Notes: generated by a model from the sequence alone, not told the origin. A stretch of 64,000 nt of DNA from Caulobacter segnis (GCF_003243465.1 NZ_QFQZ01000013.1:4614-68613), one strand, 5' to 3'; positions 1 to 10,435 are shown, counted from the stretch's first letter. Numbers and translations are program-made.

Positions 1-1942
1 GACCGACGAGCGCGCCTCGCCCGGCTACTATACGGTGGGCCTGGGCAACACCGACGCCGAGCGGATCAAGGTCGAGCTGACCGCCTCGCGCCGCGTCGGC
101 TTTCAGCGCCTGACCTACCCGGCCGCGGCCGAGAGCAACCTGATCTTCGACGTCAGTTCGGTGATCGCCATGCGCGGCCGGGGCCAGCGCGTGCGTCTGG
201 CCAAGGTCGAGCTGATCGACGACCACACCCTGGCCGGCGAGGTCACGGTCGAGGGCGGCTGGAACCCGACGCCCTACACCCTCTATTTCCATGCCGTCAC
301 GGATCGCCCCGCCAAGGCCTTCGGCGCCTGGAAGGCGGGTCAGGGATGGATGGAGACCAAGCCCGGCGTCGGCCGCTCGGAAGGCGGCGTCCAGGTCAAG
401 AGCGCGGCCAACCGCCAGGGCCTGATGATCGAGTACGACACCGAGCGTGAGTTCTCGAACCGCCTCGGCGCCTACCTGACCTTCGACACGACCACCAACC
501 GCCAGGTCAAGATGAAGTTGGCCGTGTCGTTCGTCAGCGCCGACAAGGCCCGCGCCAATCTGGCCGAGGAAATGCCCGGCTGGGACTTCGGCGCCTATCA
601 CGCGGCGACGGCGGCCCAATGGTCGGACGCGCTCTCCAAGATCAAGGTCGAGGGCGGCACGGACGAGCAGCAGCGGATCTTCTATTCGGCGCTCTACCGC
701 TCGCACACCATGCCGCACGACCTCAGCGGCGAGAACGTCTGGTGGAAATCGGACGAGCCGCACTACGAGGACTTCTACACCCTCTGGGACACGTTCCGGA
801 CGCTGCATCCGCTGCTGACGGTGATCCAACCGCAGCGGCAGCGCGACATGATCCGGTCGCTGGTCGACACCTACAAGCACACCGGCTGGATGCCCGACTC
901 CCGCATCGCCGGGGCCAACGGCATGACCCAGGGCGGTTCCAACGGCGACATCCTGATCGCCGACGCGGTCACCAAGAAGCTCGGTGGCTTCGACGTGAAC
1001 CTGGCCTATGAGGCGATCCGCAAGAACGGCGAGGTCGACAGCGACCAGCCGTTCCTGCAAGGCCGCGTGTTGAAGGACTATCTGAAGCTCGGCTACGTCC
1101 CCTTCACCGAGACCCGCTCGGCCTCGCGCACCCTCGAATACGCCTACGACGACTACGCGATCGGCGTGGTCGCCAAGGCCCTGGGCAAGACCGAGGACGC
1201 CAAGCGCTACATCGCGCGCTCGGGCAACTGGAAGAACATCTGGGACGACCAGTTGGGCTGCGTGCGTCCCCGCTACCCGAACGGCGAGTGGGTCGAGAAC
1301 TACAGCTGCACCTACGAGTATCCCGACCGCTCGGGACCCTGGTGGGACGCGGTGTTCTACGAGGGCAACTCGCTGCAGTACTCCAGCTACGTTCCCCAGG
1401 ACGTGGCCGGGCTGATGGCCAAGACCGGCGGCCCGGACGGCTTCGTCAAATGGCTGGATCACCTGTTCGAAGGCCACTATTCGCAGGGCAACGAGCCGGA
1501 CCTGCTCGCGCCCTATCTCTACATCCACGCCGGTCGCCCCGACCGCACCCAGGAGATCGCGCGCGGCCTGATGGCCAAACATTACAGGCTGAGCCGCACC
1601 GGCTTGCCCGGCAATGACGACGCCGGCGCGATGTCCAGCTGGTACGTCTGGAACGCCATCGGCCTCTATCCGAACGCCGGCCAGCCCTACTACTACATCG
1701 CCTCGCCCGTGTTCTTGCGCAGCGTGATCGCGCTGGAGGGCGGCAAGAGCTTCGAAGTGCGCGCGCCGGCGACCTCGGAGACCAACCGCTACGTCACGGG
1801 CGCCAAGCTGAACGGCAAGCCGCTGGACCGCGCGTGGATCTCTCACGACGAGCTGGCCAGGGGCGGCGTCCTGGAGCTCACCCTGGGTCCCGCGCCGACA
1901 GGCTGGGCCAGCCGCTTCACGCCGCCGCCGAACGGTCTCTGA
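1..1942 (+). CDS. Glycoside hydrolase family 92 (alpha-1,2-mannosidase-like), 5' end cut by window edge
   Basis: ORF 35..1942 stays open back to base 2 (TDERASPGYYTVGLGN). GH92-like blocks are present (GMTQGGSNGD, EYAYDDYAI, NEPDLLAPYLY, LPGNDDAGAMSSWYVW). GC3 is high. Confidence 0.8.
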   Translation, partial: TDERASPGYYTVGLGNTDAERIKVELTASRRVGFQRLTYPAAAESNLIFDVSSVIAMRGRGQRVRLAKVELIDDHTLAGEVTVEGGWNPTPYTLYFHAVTDRPAKAFGAWKAGQGWMETKPGVGRSEGGVQVKSAANRQGLMIEYDTEREFSNRLGAYLTFDTTTNRQVKMKLAVSFVSADKARANLAEEMPGWDFGAYHAATAAQWSDALSKIKVEGGTDEQQRIFYSALYRSHTMPHDLSGENVWWKSDEPHYEDFYTLWDTFRTLHPLLTVIQPQRQRDMIRSLVDTYKHTGWMPDSRIAGANGMTQGGSNGDILIADAVTKKLGGFDVNLAYEAIRKNGEVDSDQPFLQGRVLKDYLKLGYVPFTETRSASRTLEYAYDDYAIGVVAKALGKTEDAKRYIARSGNWKNIWDDQLGCVRPRYPNGEWVENYSCTYEYPDRSGPWWDAVFYEGNSLQYSSYVPQDVAGLMAKTGGPDGFVKWLDHLFEGHYSQGNEPDLLAPYLYIHAGRPDRTQEIARGLMAKHYRLSRTGLPGNDDAGAMSSWYVWNAIGLYPNAGQPYYYIASPVFLRSVIALEGGKSFEVRAPATSETNRYVTGAKLNGKPLDRAWISHDELARGGVLELTLGPAPTGWASRFTPPPNGL

Positions 1943-4354
1943 CTAGTAGCGGGCCTTCAGCTCCAGCGACACCGTCCGGGGGCGCTGGGGCGTGGCCTGC
2001 CGGGCCAGCCGCAGGCTGAACGGGTTGCCGTAGGCGAAGGTGTCGCCATGGCCATCGAACAGGTTGTCGACCGCGAGACCGACGCTCAGGCGCTCGGACT
2101 GGACCCGCATAGCCGCGCGGGCGGTGAAGTAGTCGCCCATCGTCGGCGCCGTGGCGGCGTCGAAGCTGAGACGCGAGGGGCCGACATAGCTGAGACGGGC
2201 GGCGGCGCCCAACCGCCAATCGCCCGCCAGCCGCCGTTCGTAGCTGACGCCGACCGCCGCGGCGTGCTTGGGCACGCCCGCCAGACCCAGGTCCTTGCGC
2301 CCCGGGTAGGCCGGGTTGACCTTCTCGAGCTCGGGGGCGTTCAGCAGAACGTTGGCGTCGAGCCGCAAGGGTCCCGCCACATAGGCCGCCTCCGCCTCGA
2401 CGCCGGTGTTGCGCCCGTCTCCCAGGTTGGCGGTGTAGGGCAAGCCCGAGGCGAGCAACTGATCGCTCTGGATCGACTTCCACAGCGCCCGGAACACAGC
2501 GGCGCGAAGGCGCAGGCGCCCTTCCATCAGAGTGGCCTTGGCGCCGGCCTCGAAGCTCCACAGATCATCGCCGTCATAGGCGCGCTGGGGTTCGCCGCCG
2601 GTCACCAGGAAGGGCTGGCTCGGGATCGGGGAGGTGTTGAAACCGCCGGCGCGGTAGCCCTCGGTCGCCTGCACATAGACCAGCGTCTTCGCGCTCGGCT
2701 GGAAGGACAAAACCGCCTTGGGCGCGAAGCCGAGATAGTCCTGACTGTCGCGGAAGGCCGTCGTCGCGCCAGACGCTTCAGCCTTGCTGGACGCCTGGGA
2801 GCGGATGGAGAACAGGCGGCCGCCCAGGGTTACGCTCCAGCCGCGCCCAAGGTCGCCGATGGCCTCGCCGAACAGCGCGGCCTCTTCCAGGATGTCCCGC
2901 CGATGCTCGGTCGCCAGCAAGGCGTTCGATTGGCTTATAGCCAGCAGGTCGCCGTCGCGCCTTTGCCGCGTGCGCGCCAGGAAGCCGCCGACCTGCCACT
3001 GGATTCGGGCGTGATCATCGGACGAGAGGGACGCGTCGACAATGACCGCGCCCACATGGTTGTCGTCGTCAAACGCCACCGCGGCTCCCGGCGGCACGGC
3101 GAGCGGCGGGGCGGCGCTGGCGTCGTAGCGACTGGAGATATCGTGGCTGACGGTCGCCAGAGTGACCTTGGCCTTGACCCCGCCGATCAGACCGCTGACG
3201 CCGACATGTCCCTCGAAGAAGTCGTTGTCGTGCGGCTCGGCGAGCCGGTTGCGCCGGGCGAAGGGACCGACGGACGGCGTCGCATACTGGGTGTCGCTTG
3301 ACGCGATCGCCTGCGTCGTCACCCCCACGTCGCCGGTCCAACCCTCGCCCAGCTGGACGCGGAAGGCGGCGCGTATGCCCGACCGCCGAGTCCGGTTCAC
3401 GTCGTCGCGCCCCTGGAGCGGATCATCGATATAGCCGCCCTGCTGGTCGGCGTAGGCGACGAGGCGCACGGCGGCGCGTCCGTCGAGCAGCGGGACGTTG
3501 ACCATCCCCGACAGTTGTCCGCCGGGCTCTCCGCCGCGCAGACTCGACGCGGATATGGAGGTCCAGGCGGCGAAGGCGCTCGGGTCCGGGCGATGGGTCG
3601 TGAACTGCAGGACGCCGCCCAAAGACCCGGCGCCATAGAGCGCGCCCTGCGGCCCGCGCAGAACCTCGACCTGTGCGATGTCGAGCATCAGCAGGTCGGG
3701 ATCGGGCGCGTTGTAGGTCAGGCGAACGTCGTCGAGATAGATGCCGACCATCGACTGGGTCTGGCCGGTCAACGGGCCGTCGGAGAGTCCGCGAAGGATC
3801 ACCTTGTCGCGGCCGGGGCCAAGGTTCGTCACGGTCATGGCCGGCAGGACCGCCGCCAGGTCGTTGGTGTCGCGGACCCCCTGGGCGGCGGCGGCCCGTT
3901 CGTCCAACACGCTCACGGAATAGGCAAGCCGGTCCGCCAAGGTCGGTCGGCGCGTGGCCACCACGACCAGCGCCGAGAGCGGCGCGAGCGGCGCCTCGAC
4001 TTCGCGCGGCGGGGACAGCGTCACGGGAGGCTTGGCGAGCGGCGGCGCGCGCCGGACGATCTGGTAGGCCCGCTCATCGATTCGGCGCAGGTCGCACCCC
4101 GTGTCCTGCAGCAGCGCCTTCAGCACGACCTCGGGCGATCCTCGCCCCGAGAAGCCGCGCGAGGGGCCGCAGCCCTGCGCGGCGCCGACGTCGATCGACA
4201 CGCGAGCCTGGACGGCGAAGAGGGTCGCGGCCTGTCTGAGCGGCCCGGCCGGAATGGCGAAGGCCGTCTGCGCCTCGGCGCGCGCGACCGCTGGCGCGAC
4301 CGCGAGTCCCATCGCCGAGGCGAGCCAAACGCGACGCCACGTCCCGATCCGCAA
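1943..4354 (-). CDS. TonB-dependent receptor/transducer with N-terminal STN signalling domain (FecA-like)
   Basis: 803 aa. Signal peptide (LAVAPAVARA), then an STN-like segment (FAIPAGPLRQAATLFAVQARVSI..VLKALLQDTGCDLRRID), plug and beta-barrel, ending in an aromatic residue (..LELKARY). Lies downstream of fecR/ECF sigma on the same strand. Confidence 0.85.
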   Translation of the reverse strand: MRIGTWRRVWLASAMGLAVAPAVARAEAQTAFAIPAGPLRQAATLFAVQARVSIDVGAAQGCGPSRGFSGRGSPEVVLKALLQDTGCDLRRIDERAYQIVRRAPPLAKPPVTLSPPREVEAPLAPLSALVVVATRRPTLADRLAYSVSVLDERAAAAQGVRDTNDLAAVLPAMTVTNLGPGRDKVILRGLSDGPLTGQTQSMVGIYLDDVRLTYNAPDPDLLMLDIAQVEVLRGPQGALYGAGSLGGVLQFTTHRPDPSAFAAWTSISASSLRGGEPGGQLSGMVNVPLLDGRAAVRLVAYADQQGGYIDDPLQGRDDVNRTRRSGIRAAFRVQLGEGWTGDVGVTTQAIASSDTQYATPSVGPFARRNRLAEPHDNDFFEGHVGVSGLIGGVKAKVTLATVSHDISSRYDASAAPPLAVPPGAAVAFDDDNHVGAVIVDASLSSDDHARIQWQVGGFLARTRQRRDGDLLAISQSNALLATEHRRDILEEAALFGEAIGDLGRGWSVTLGGRLFSIRSQASSKAEASGATTAFRDSQDYLGFAPKAVLSFQPSAKTLVYVQATEGYRAGGFNTSPIPSQPFLVTGGEPQRAYDGDDLWSFEAGAKATLMEGRLRLRAAVFRALWKSIQSDQLLASGLPYTANLGDGRNTGVEAEAAYVAGPLRLDANVLLNAPELEKVNPAYPGRKDLGLAGVPKHAAAVGVSYERRLAGDWRLGAAARLSYVGPSRLSFDAATAPTMGDYFTARAAMRVQSERLSVGLAVDNLFDGHGDTFAYGNPFSLRLARQATPQRPRTVSLELKARY

Positions 4355-4380
4355 ATCACCCCTCCCCGACGGTCAGGGCG

Positions 4381-5376
4381 TCACCTTAGAATGATTTCCT
4401 CGGCCGTACGATCCACGCGCAGCGACGCATAGGTCGCCAGCAAGCGGACGGCGGCGTCTTCGTTGTCCAGCGCGATCACGCCGGAGAAGCGGCGATTAGC
4501 GGCCTCGGGCGCGATGCGGATCGGCGTCGTGAAGCGGCGGTTCAGGTCGGCGACGATGTCGCCGAGCGTCTCGTTGTCGGCGACCAGCTGGCCTTGCGAC
4601 CAGGCGAAGGCGTTGCTGGCCTCGACCCGGCGCACCTCAGCGCTGTCGGAGCCTTGCACGTGGCGCAGCTCCTGACCGACGGTCAAACGGGTCGGGGCCT
4701 GGCCCTTGGCGTCGCGCTGGGCGACCTCGACGATCCCCCGGCGCACGGTCACGCGGACGCTGCGGCCGTCGTTGCGGATGTTGAATTCGGTGCCCACCAC
4801 CCGCACGGCCTGGTCGCCCACGCCGATCAGGAACGGGCGCGAGGGATCCTTGGCGACGTCGAAGCTGGCCTGGGCCAGGCCCATCTCGACCCGGCGCGTC
4901 TTCCAGCCCAGCCGCACGCTGAGCTTGGAGCCGCCGTCCATCGTGATGTGGGTGCCATCGGCAAGGTCGATGCGGCGGGTCTCGCCGGGCTTGGTCTCGT
5001 AGGTGACGAGCGCGCCCTGCGAGGCGTTCCACAGCGCGGGGCCGCCGACCATCACCGCCAGCGAGGCGGCGATCGCGCCGCCGATCCAGGCGCGGCGAGG
5101 CGGGGCGGCGGGCGGCTTGCGTTTTGCGGCCGGGAAGCTGATGACGTTGTCGACTGGCGGCTTCAGCGCTGCGGCGATTTCTTCCCGGCGCTCGGTCAGG
5201 TCGGCGACGATCAGCTCGGCTTCCTCGAAGGCTTCCTGGCGCGCGGGCGAGCCGTCCAGCCAGTCCGTCAGGGCCATCCAGTCGTCGGCCGTCGCCGCGT
5301 CGGACTGGACGCGGATAAGCCACGCGACCGCGTCGTCGCGTAGGCCCTCCTTCGTCTCGTGCGTCCGATCGTTCAT
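4381..5376 (-). CDS. FecR-family transmembrane anti-sigma factor / sensor
   Basis: 331 aa. N-terminal anti-sigma region (AVAWLIRVQSD..DWMALTDWL), a single TM segment (AWIGGAIAASLAVMVGG) and a periplasmic FecR domain (VVGTEFNIR). Confidence 0.85.
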   Translation of the reverse strand: MNDRTHETKEGLRDDAVAWLIRVQSDAATADDWMALTDWLDGSPARQEAFEEAELIVADLTERREEIAAALKPPVDNVISFPAAKRKPPAAPPRRAWIGGAIAASLAVMVGGPALWNASQGALVTYETKPGETRRIDLADGTHITMDGGSKLSVRLGWKTRRVEMGLAQASFDVAKDPSRPFLIGVGDQAVRVVGTEFNIRNDGRSVRVTVRRGIVEVAQRDAKGQAPTRLTVGQELRHVQGSDSAEVRRVEASNAFAWSQGQLVADNETLGDIVADLNRRFTTPIRIAPEAANRRFSGVIALDNEDAAVRLLATYASLRVDRTAEEIILR

Positions 5377-5473
5377 CCGACTTCGCCGTGTTCCGGGAGG
5401 CGTCTTGCCTCCCTGTTCGCCCCAAAGACGCCATAAACGGAAAGGCGCCTCAAAAAATTTACGGCCGCGCCGC

Positions 5474-5962
5474 TCATGGCCACCGCCCGACCTTTGCGAC
5501 GATCAGCTTGAGGCTGCTCATCATGTACTTCTCGACGCTGGAGCGGGACACGCCCATGGCCGCCGCTGTCTCGGCGTGGCTTAGACCCTCCAGCTTATGG
5601 AGGCGGAAGGCTTCCTGGGCGGCTGGCGGCAGCGACTTCACCGCTTCCAAAATCTTCTCGAGCTGCTGCCTGGCGGCGGCGGCCTGGTCGGCGGGCGCTT
5701 CGTTGGCGACATGGGCGCCGCCGACGTCGGAAACATGGGCCCCGTGCCATTGCGCGTCGCGCGCCTCGGCCCGGCGGCGCACCTTGATCCGGTCCAGCAT
5801 CAGGTTCGTGCCCAGGCGAAAGAGGTAGGCGGATGGATTATCCACCGGCTCGGCCGGCGGCGGGGTGATCTTGAAATAGATATCCTGGACGAGATCCTCC
5901 GCCGCCTCATCCGAGCGCAGGCGCACCCGGAAGTAGCGGATCAGATCCTCGCGCCGCTCCAT
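5474..5962 (-). CDS. ECF (sigma-70 family, FecI-like) RNA polymerase sigma factor
   Basis: Only the C-terminal 162 aa of the 470-aa track ORF look real. They show region 2 (AEDLVQDIYFKI) and a region 4 HTH (LHKLEGLSHAETAAAMGVSRSSVEKYM). ATG at 5962. An in-frame TTG at about 6001 is an alternative start. Confidence 0.8.
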   Translation of the reverse strand: MERREDLIRYFRVRLRSDEAAEDLVQDIYFKITPPPAEPVDNPSAYLFRLGTNLMLDRIKVRRRAEARDAQWHGAHVSDVGGAHVANEAPADQAAAARQQLEKILEAVKSLPPAAQEAFRLHKLEGLSHAETAAAMGVSRSSVEKYMMSSLKLIVAKVGRWP

Positions 5963-6184
5963 GTAGGCGGAAAGCAGGGGATGGACGGGTTCGTCGTCCA
6001 AGGCGCGGCGGCGCTCCTCAAGGCGGGCGTCGAGAATCCGAGCCCTGCGACAATCTTTCCGAACCGAAAGCGTCGCGCAACCGCCGAAAGCTTTGAGGCG
6101 CCCCCGAGAGAGCGTCGTCCTTGCCGGTCGAAGGGCGCGAGCGACGCGTCCCCGGGCTGGGAGATCGCCTTGCTGGAAGTCACG

Positions 6185-6889
6185 ATGATGAACGACGGGG
6201 CGCGTGTCGGCAGCCTGCGCTTCGACGCCGACCGGGTCCGCCGCTTCACCTCGGTCGAGCCGCGGGTGATCTCGATCCACCACCATTTTCGCCCGGAGCG
6301 GAAGCGCGTCGAGGCCTATATCGAGGCGACCTACGCCGAAGTCTATGACGGCAGGATCCGCGCCCACTACCCCACGCTGATGAGCGTGCAGGACGCCCAG
6401 GGCGAGATCCACGCCGCCGTCGGCTTCCGACTGGCCGGCGACGAGCCCCTGTTCCTGGAGCGCTATCTGGACGAGCCGATCGAGCGCGCCCTGACCGAAG
6501 CGATGGGCGCCGATGTCGAACGGGCGCACGTCGCCGAGATCGGCAACCTGGCCTCGGGCAGCGCCGGCGCCTCGCTGTTCCTGTTCATGGCGCTGGCCCG
6601 TCACCTCGATCAAGTCGGTTGCGACTACGCCGTCGCCACCGCCACTCGCCAACTGCGCCGCACCTTCGGCCGCGTCGGCTTCCCCACCCAGCGCCTGACC
6701 ACCGCCGACCCCACCCGCCTCGGCGACGAGGCTCGCGACTGGGGCGGCTACTACGAGCGCGACCCCGAAGTCCTGGCCGGCGCGATCGCCCCCGCCCTGG
6801 CGCCGCTGGCCCAACTGCTGCTGATCGAGCCGCCCGCCATCCCGGGCGCCTGCTCGCGCCTTCATCCCCGGATCGGAGCCGACCAATGA
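6185..6889 (+). CDS. Thermostable-hemolysin family (T_hemolysin, GNAT-clan fold) protein, putative acyltransferase
   Basis: ATG at 6185 within track ORF 5597..6889. The upstream part of that ORF is antisense to the sigma gene. 234 aa with blocks recalled from the T_hemolysin family (RKRVEAYIEATYAEVY, AAVGFRLAG..LFLERYLD, VAEIGNLAS, ATATRQLRRTFGRVGF). Its stop overlaps the next start (ATGA). Confidence 0.55.
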   Translation: MMNDGARVGSLRFDADRVRRFTSVEPRVISIHHHFRPERKRVEAYIEATYAEVYDGRIRAHYPTLMSVQDAQGEIHAAVGFRLAGDEPLFLERYLDEPIERALTEAMGADVERAHVAEIGNLASGSAGASLFLFMALARHLDQVGCDYAVATATRQLRRTFGRVGFPTQRLTTADPTRLGDEARDWGGYYERDPEVLAGAIAPALAPLAQLLLIEPPAIPGACSRLHPRIGADQ

Positions 6890-8352
6890 GCCGCGTCCTC
6901 GCCGCCATCGCCCAGCGGGCCCGTCTGAATGACGGCGCGATCGCCCTGAGCGACCACCGCCTTTCGTTCACCTATGGCGCGCTGGAAACCGCGATCGAGA
7001 ACGCCGCGCGCGAGCTCTTCCAATGGGCGCCGCTGGTGCGTCCCGGCTCGCCGATCGCGATCCGCTTGCCCAACGGCCCAGCCTGGGTGGTTCTGGACCT
7101 GGCCCTGACGCGCCTCGGCTGGGCCTCGCTGCCCCTGCCGGGCTTCTTTACAGACGAGCAGCGCCAGCACGCCATGACCGACGCCGGCGCGAGCCTGCTG
7201 ATCGAGGCGGCCGACGCCGCCAACGGCGACATGGACCTGGCGGGCGTCGCGCTGCGCATCACGCCCCTGGCCTTGGCGCCGCGCGTCCTGCCCAAGGGTA
7301 CGGCCAAGATCACCTACACCTCCGGCTCGACCGGCCAGCCCAAGGGCGTCTGCCTGTCGCGAGACCACATGGAGGCGGTCGCCGCCTCGCTGGTCCTGAC
7401 CATCGGTGCCGACTACGCGGGTACGCACCTGCCGCTGCTGCCGCTGTCGATCCTGCTGGAGAATGTCGCCGGCCTCTACACGACCCTGCTGGCGGGCGGC
7501 CGCTACCACATCCTGCAGGCCGACCAGCTGGGCCTGGCCGATCCGTTCCGACCTGACCTGCCGCGTCTGGCCGGCGCGATCGCCGAGCACGAAGCCAACA
7601 GCCTGATCCTGGTGCCCGAACTGCTGCGCGCCCTGATGATGGTCATGACCTTCACCGGCGTGCGCCTGCCCGCCCTGAAGCTGGTCGCCGTCGGCGGCGC
7701 GAAGGTCTCGCCGTCGCTTCTCAGCCGCGCCGACGAGCTGGGCCTGCCGGTCTATGAAGGCTACGGCCTTAGCGAATGCGCCTCGGTGGTGGCCCTGAAC
7801 ACGCCCGCGCATCGGAAGGCGGGGACCGTCGGCCGCCCCCTGCCCCACCTCGGGGTGTCGATCGACGATGGCGAGATCGTGGTCGAGGGCTCGGGCTTCC
7901 TCGGCTACGCCGGCGGCGCGACGCACGAGGGTCCGGTCCGCACCGGCGATCTCGGCGCCATCGACGCCGACGGCTTCCTGGGCATCTCGGGACGCCGCAC
8001 CAACACGATCATCACCTCGCACGGCCGCAACGTCGCGCCCGAGTGGGTCGAGAGCGAGCTGACCGCCCAGCCCGAGATCCGCCAGGCCGTCGTGCTCGGC
8101 GAGGCCCAGGCCGAGCTCTCGGCGCTGATCGTGCCCCTGATCCCCGGCATGGACGAGGCCGCCATCGCCAGCGCCATCGCCCGCGCCAACGCCAACCTGC
8201 CACCCTACGCCCAGGTCGGCCGCTGGCTGGTCCGCGACGCCTTCGACGCGGCGGCCGGCGAACTCACCAACAACGGACGTCCCCGTCGCGCCGCGCTCAG
8301 CGCCCGCCACCGGGACTTCATGGAAACCTCGACGACAGGAGACTTCGCGTGA
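6886..8352 (+). CDS. AMP-dependent synthetase/ligase (acyl-CoA/acyl-AMP ligase family)
   Basis: Start ATG at 6886 forms an ATGA overlap with the upstream stop. Contains the AMP-binding motif ITYTSGSTGQPKGV plus YEGYGLSE, TGDLG and GRRTN. Confidence 0.85.
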   Translation: MSRVLAAIAQRARLNDGAIALSDHRLSFTYGALETAIENAARELFQWAPLVRPGSPIAIRLPNGPAWVVLDLALTRLGWASLPLPGFFTDEQRQHAMTDAGASLLIEAADAANGDMDLAGVALRITPLALAPRVLPKGTAKITYTSGSTGQPKGVCLSRDHMEAVAASLVLTIGADYAGTHLPLLPLSILLENVAGLYTTLLAGGRYHILQADQLGLADPFRPDLPRLAGAIAEHEANSLILVPELLRALMMVMTFTGVRLPALKLVAVGGAKVSPSLLSRADELGLPVYEGYGLSECASVVALNTPAHRKAGTVGRPLPHLGVSIDDGEIVVEGSGFLGYAGGATHEGPVRTGDLGAIDADGFLGISGRRTNTIITSHGRNVAPEWVESELTAQPEIRQAVVLGEAQAELSALIVPLIPGMDEAAIASAIARANANLPPYAQVGRWLVRDAFDAAAGELTNNGRPRRAALSARHRDFMETSTTGDFA

Positions 8353-9017
8353 CCTTTTACCAACGCCTCGTGGCCGAGACGATCGACGGGCAGATGACCC
8401 TGGCCTCGGTCCCGCAAATCCAGGACGGCCTGATGGGCCGCATATCGCGCGAGACCTACATCGCCTACCTGACCGAGGCCTATCACCACGTGAAGCACAC
8501 CGTGCCGCTGATGCAGACGGCCCGCGCTCGGATGGACGCGAACCACCAGCGCTTCGTCGAGGCCCTGGACGAGTACATCGCCGAGGAGACCGGTCACGAG
8601 CACTGGATCCTGGCCGACATCAAGCACTGCGGCGGCGACATGGCCGCGGCCCGCGACGCGGCGCCCGGCGCGGCGACCCAGGCTATGACCGACTACGCCT
8701 ACGACTACATCCGCAAGGCCAATCCGATGGGGTTCTTCGGCATGGTCTTCGTGCTGGAAGGCACCAGCGTGAAGCTGGCGACCCACGGCGCCAAAGCGGT
8801 CGCCAAGAACCTGGGCCTCGGCCCCGAGTGCTTCAGCTATCTGACCTCGCACGGCTCGCTGGACCTGGAGCATCTGAACTTCTTCGAGAAGCTGATGAAC
8901 GAGGTCGACGATCCCGCCGACCAGGCCGCGATCATCGAGGTCGCCAAGGCGATCTTCGAGCGCTTCGCCGCCATGTTCCGCTCGATCCCGCACGTCCGCG
9001 AGGTGGCCCATGCTTGA
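8349..9017 (+). CDS. Heme-oxygenase-like fold, putative di-iron redox enzyme (TenA/PqqC/CADD/UndA-like superfamily)
   Basis: GTG at 8349 overlaps the ligase stop (GTGA). 222 aa, predicted all-helical, with candidate metal-ligand clusters EAYHHVKH, EETGHEHW, VLEGTS and HGSLDLEH. Confidence 0.6.
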   Translation: MTFYQRLVAETIDGQMTLASVPQIQDGLMGRISRETYIAYLTEAYHHVKHTVPLMQTARARMDANHQRFVEALDEYIAEETGHEHWILADIKHCGGDMAAARDAAPGAATQAMTDYAYDYIRKANPMGFFGMVFVLEGTSVKLATHGAKAVAKNLGLGPECFSYLTSHGSLDLEHLNFFEKLMNEVDDPADQAAIIEVAKAIFERFAAMFRSIPHVREVAHA

Positions 9018-9762
9018 TCGGAAGAGCGTTCTCATCACCGGCGCCTCGGGCGGACTGGGCGGCCTGGTGGCCCGCCAACTGGCGGCCGAAGGCGCCCACG
9101 TCACCGCCCTGGGCCGCACGCGCCCGGACGGCGTCGACGGCTTCCTGCAGCATGACCTCGCCACGCCCGAAGGATTGGAGGCCGCCGTGGCGGCGGTGAA
9201 AGGCCGTCACTGGGACATCCTGATCAACCTGGCCGGCGTCCAGCACTTCGGACCGGTCGAGGAAGAGAGCGCCGCCGACCTGCAGGCCGGCTACATGGTC
9301 AACCTGGTCGCGCCGGTTCGGCTGGCCCAGGCCGTGCTGCCGGGCATGAAGGCGCGCGGCAAGGGCCAGATCGTCAACATCGGCTCGATCTTCGGCTCGA
9401 TCAATTTCGCCCACTTCGCCACATATTCGAGCGCCAAGGCCGGCCTGCGCGGCTTCAGCCAGGCGTTGCGGCGCGAGACCGCCGGCACCGGCGTTGACGT
9501 GACCTATGTCGCCCCCCGCGCCGTTCGCACGGCCATGGTTTCGGACCGGGTGCTCGAATACGCCAAGATCACCCAGATGAACATCGATGCGCCCGAAGCC
9601 ACGGCGCGCCGGATCGTCCAGGCCATCCGCGCCCGCCGTCGCGACGTCTATCTGGGCTTCCCCGAAGCCTTCTTCGTGCGCCTCAACGCTCTGCTGCCGG
9701 GCCTCGTCGACCGCGCCCTCGCGGCCAACGACCGCAAGGCCGCGCAGCTCTTCGCCCGCTGA
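9010..9762 (+). CDS. Short-chain dehydrogenase/reductase (SDR)
   Basis: TGASGGLGG Rossmann motif, NLAG, and a YSSAK catalytic motif. The start overlaps the previous gene by 8 nt. Confidence 0.85.
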   Translation: MLDRKSVLITGASGGLGGLVARQLAAEGAHVTALGRTRPDGVDGFLQHDLATPEGLEAAVAAVKGRHWDILINLAGVQHFGPVEEESAADLQAGYMVNLVAPVRLAQAVLPGMKARGKGQIVNIGSIFGSINFAHFATYSSAKAGLRGFSQALRRETAGTGVDVTYVAPRAVRTAMVSDRVLEYAKITQMNIDAPEATARRIVQAIRARRRDVYLGFPEAFFVRLNALLPGLVDRALAANDRKAAQLFAR

Positions 9763-9778
9763 TCAAACGGAACTCGCC

Positions 9779-10435
9779 ATGACCAAGACACCCACCCTGT
9801 TCGCCCTCAGCCTCGCTGCCGCCCTGCTGGCCGGCGCGGCCCACGCCGACGCGCTGGACGGCCGCATCGACGCCCTATCGCGGAGCTGGGCCCACGCCAA
9901 CTACGAGATCGCCGACAAGGGCGCCCAGGCCGCCGCCGCCGCCCAGGTCGCGGCCGAGGCCGACGCCCTCGCCCGCCAGAACCCGAACCGCGCCGAACCG
10001 CTGGTCTGGGAAGCCATCGCCAAGGCCACCGAGGCCGGCGCCAAGGGCGGCCTGGGCGGCCTGGCGCTCGCCAAAGAGTCGAAGTCCCTCCTGGAGAAGG
10101 CCGAGAAGATCAACCCGGCGGCGCTGGGCGACGGCTCGGTCTATACCAGCCTCGGCTCGCTGTACGCCCAGGTGCCCGGCTTTCCGGTCGGCTTCGGCGA
10201 CGCCGGCAAGGCGCGCGGCTATCTACAGAAGGCCCTGGCTGTCAATCCGAACGGCGTCGACTCCAACTTCTTCTACGGCGACTTCCTGATGCGTCAGAAG
10301 GACTATGCCGGCGCGACCAAGGCCCTGCAGAAGGCGCTGGCCGCGCCCGCCCGTCCGGGCCACGAGGTCGCCGACAAGGGCCGCAAGGCTCAGGCCCAGG
10401 CTCTGCTGACCGAAGCCCAGGCCAAGCTCCGCTAG
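9779..10435 (+). CDS. Secreted TPR-like repeat protein
   Basis: ATG at 9779, 16 nt after the SDR stop. Signal peptide LFALSLAAALLAGAAHA, followed by helical Ala/Lys-rich TPR-like repeats (ARGYLQKALAVNPN, YAGATKALQKALA). Confidence 0.6.
   Translation: MTKTPTLFALSLAAALLAGAAHADALDGRIDALSRSWAHANYEIADKGAQAAAAAQVAAEADALARQNPNRAEPLVWEAIAKATEAGAKGGLGGLALAKESKSLLEKAEKINPAALGDGSVYTSLGSLYAQVPGFPVGFGDAGKARGYLQKALAVNPNGVDSNFFYGDFLMRQKDYAGATKALQKALAAPARPGHEVADKGRKAQAQALLTEAQAKLR

Noticed and set aside
5597-6184. N-terminal 196 codons of the 430-aa track ORF 5597..6889
   Set aside because: This part is antisense to the ECF sigma gene and shows no family similarity. The T_hemolysin-like homology begins near the ATG at 6185.
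5963-6184. Possible ECF-type promoter (GAACC ... CGTC-like) and repeated CCGAAAG motif in the sigma/operon intergenic region
   Set aside because: The matches are short and ambiguous. I cannot distinguish them from chance without a consensus for this sigma factor or TSS data.
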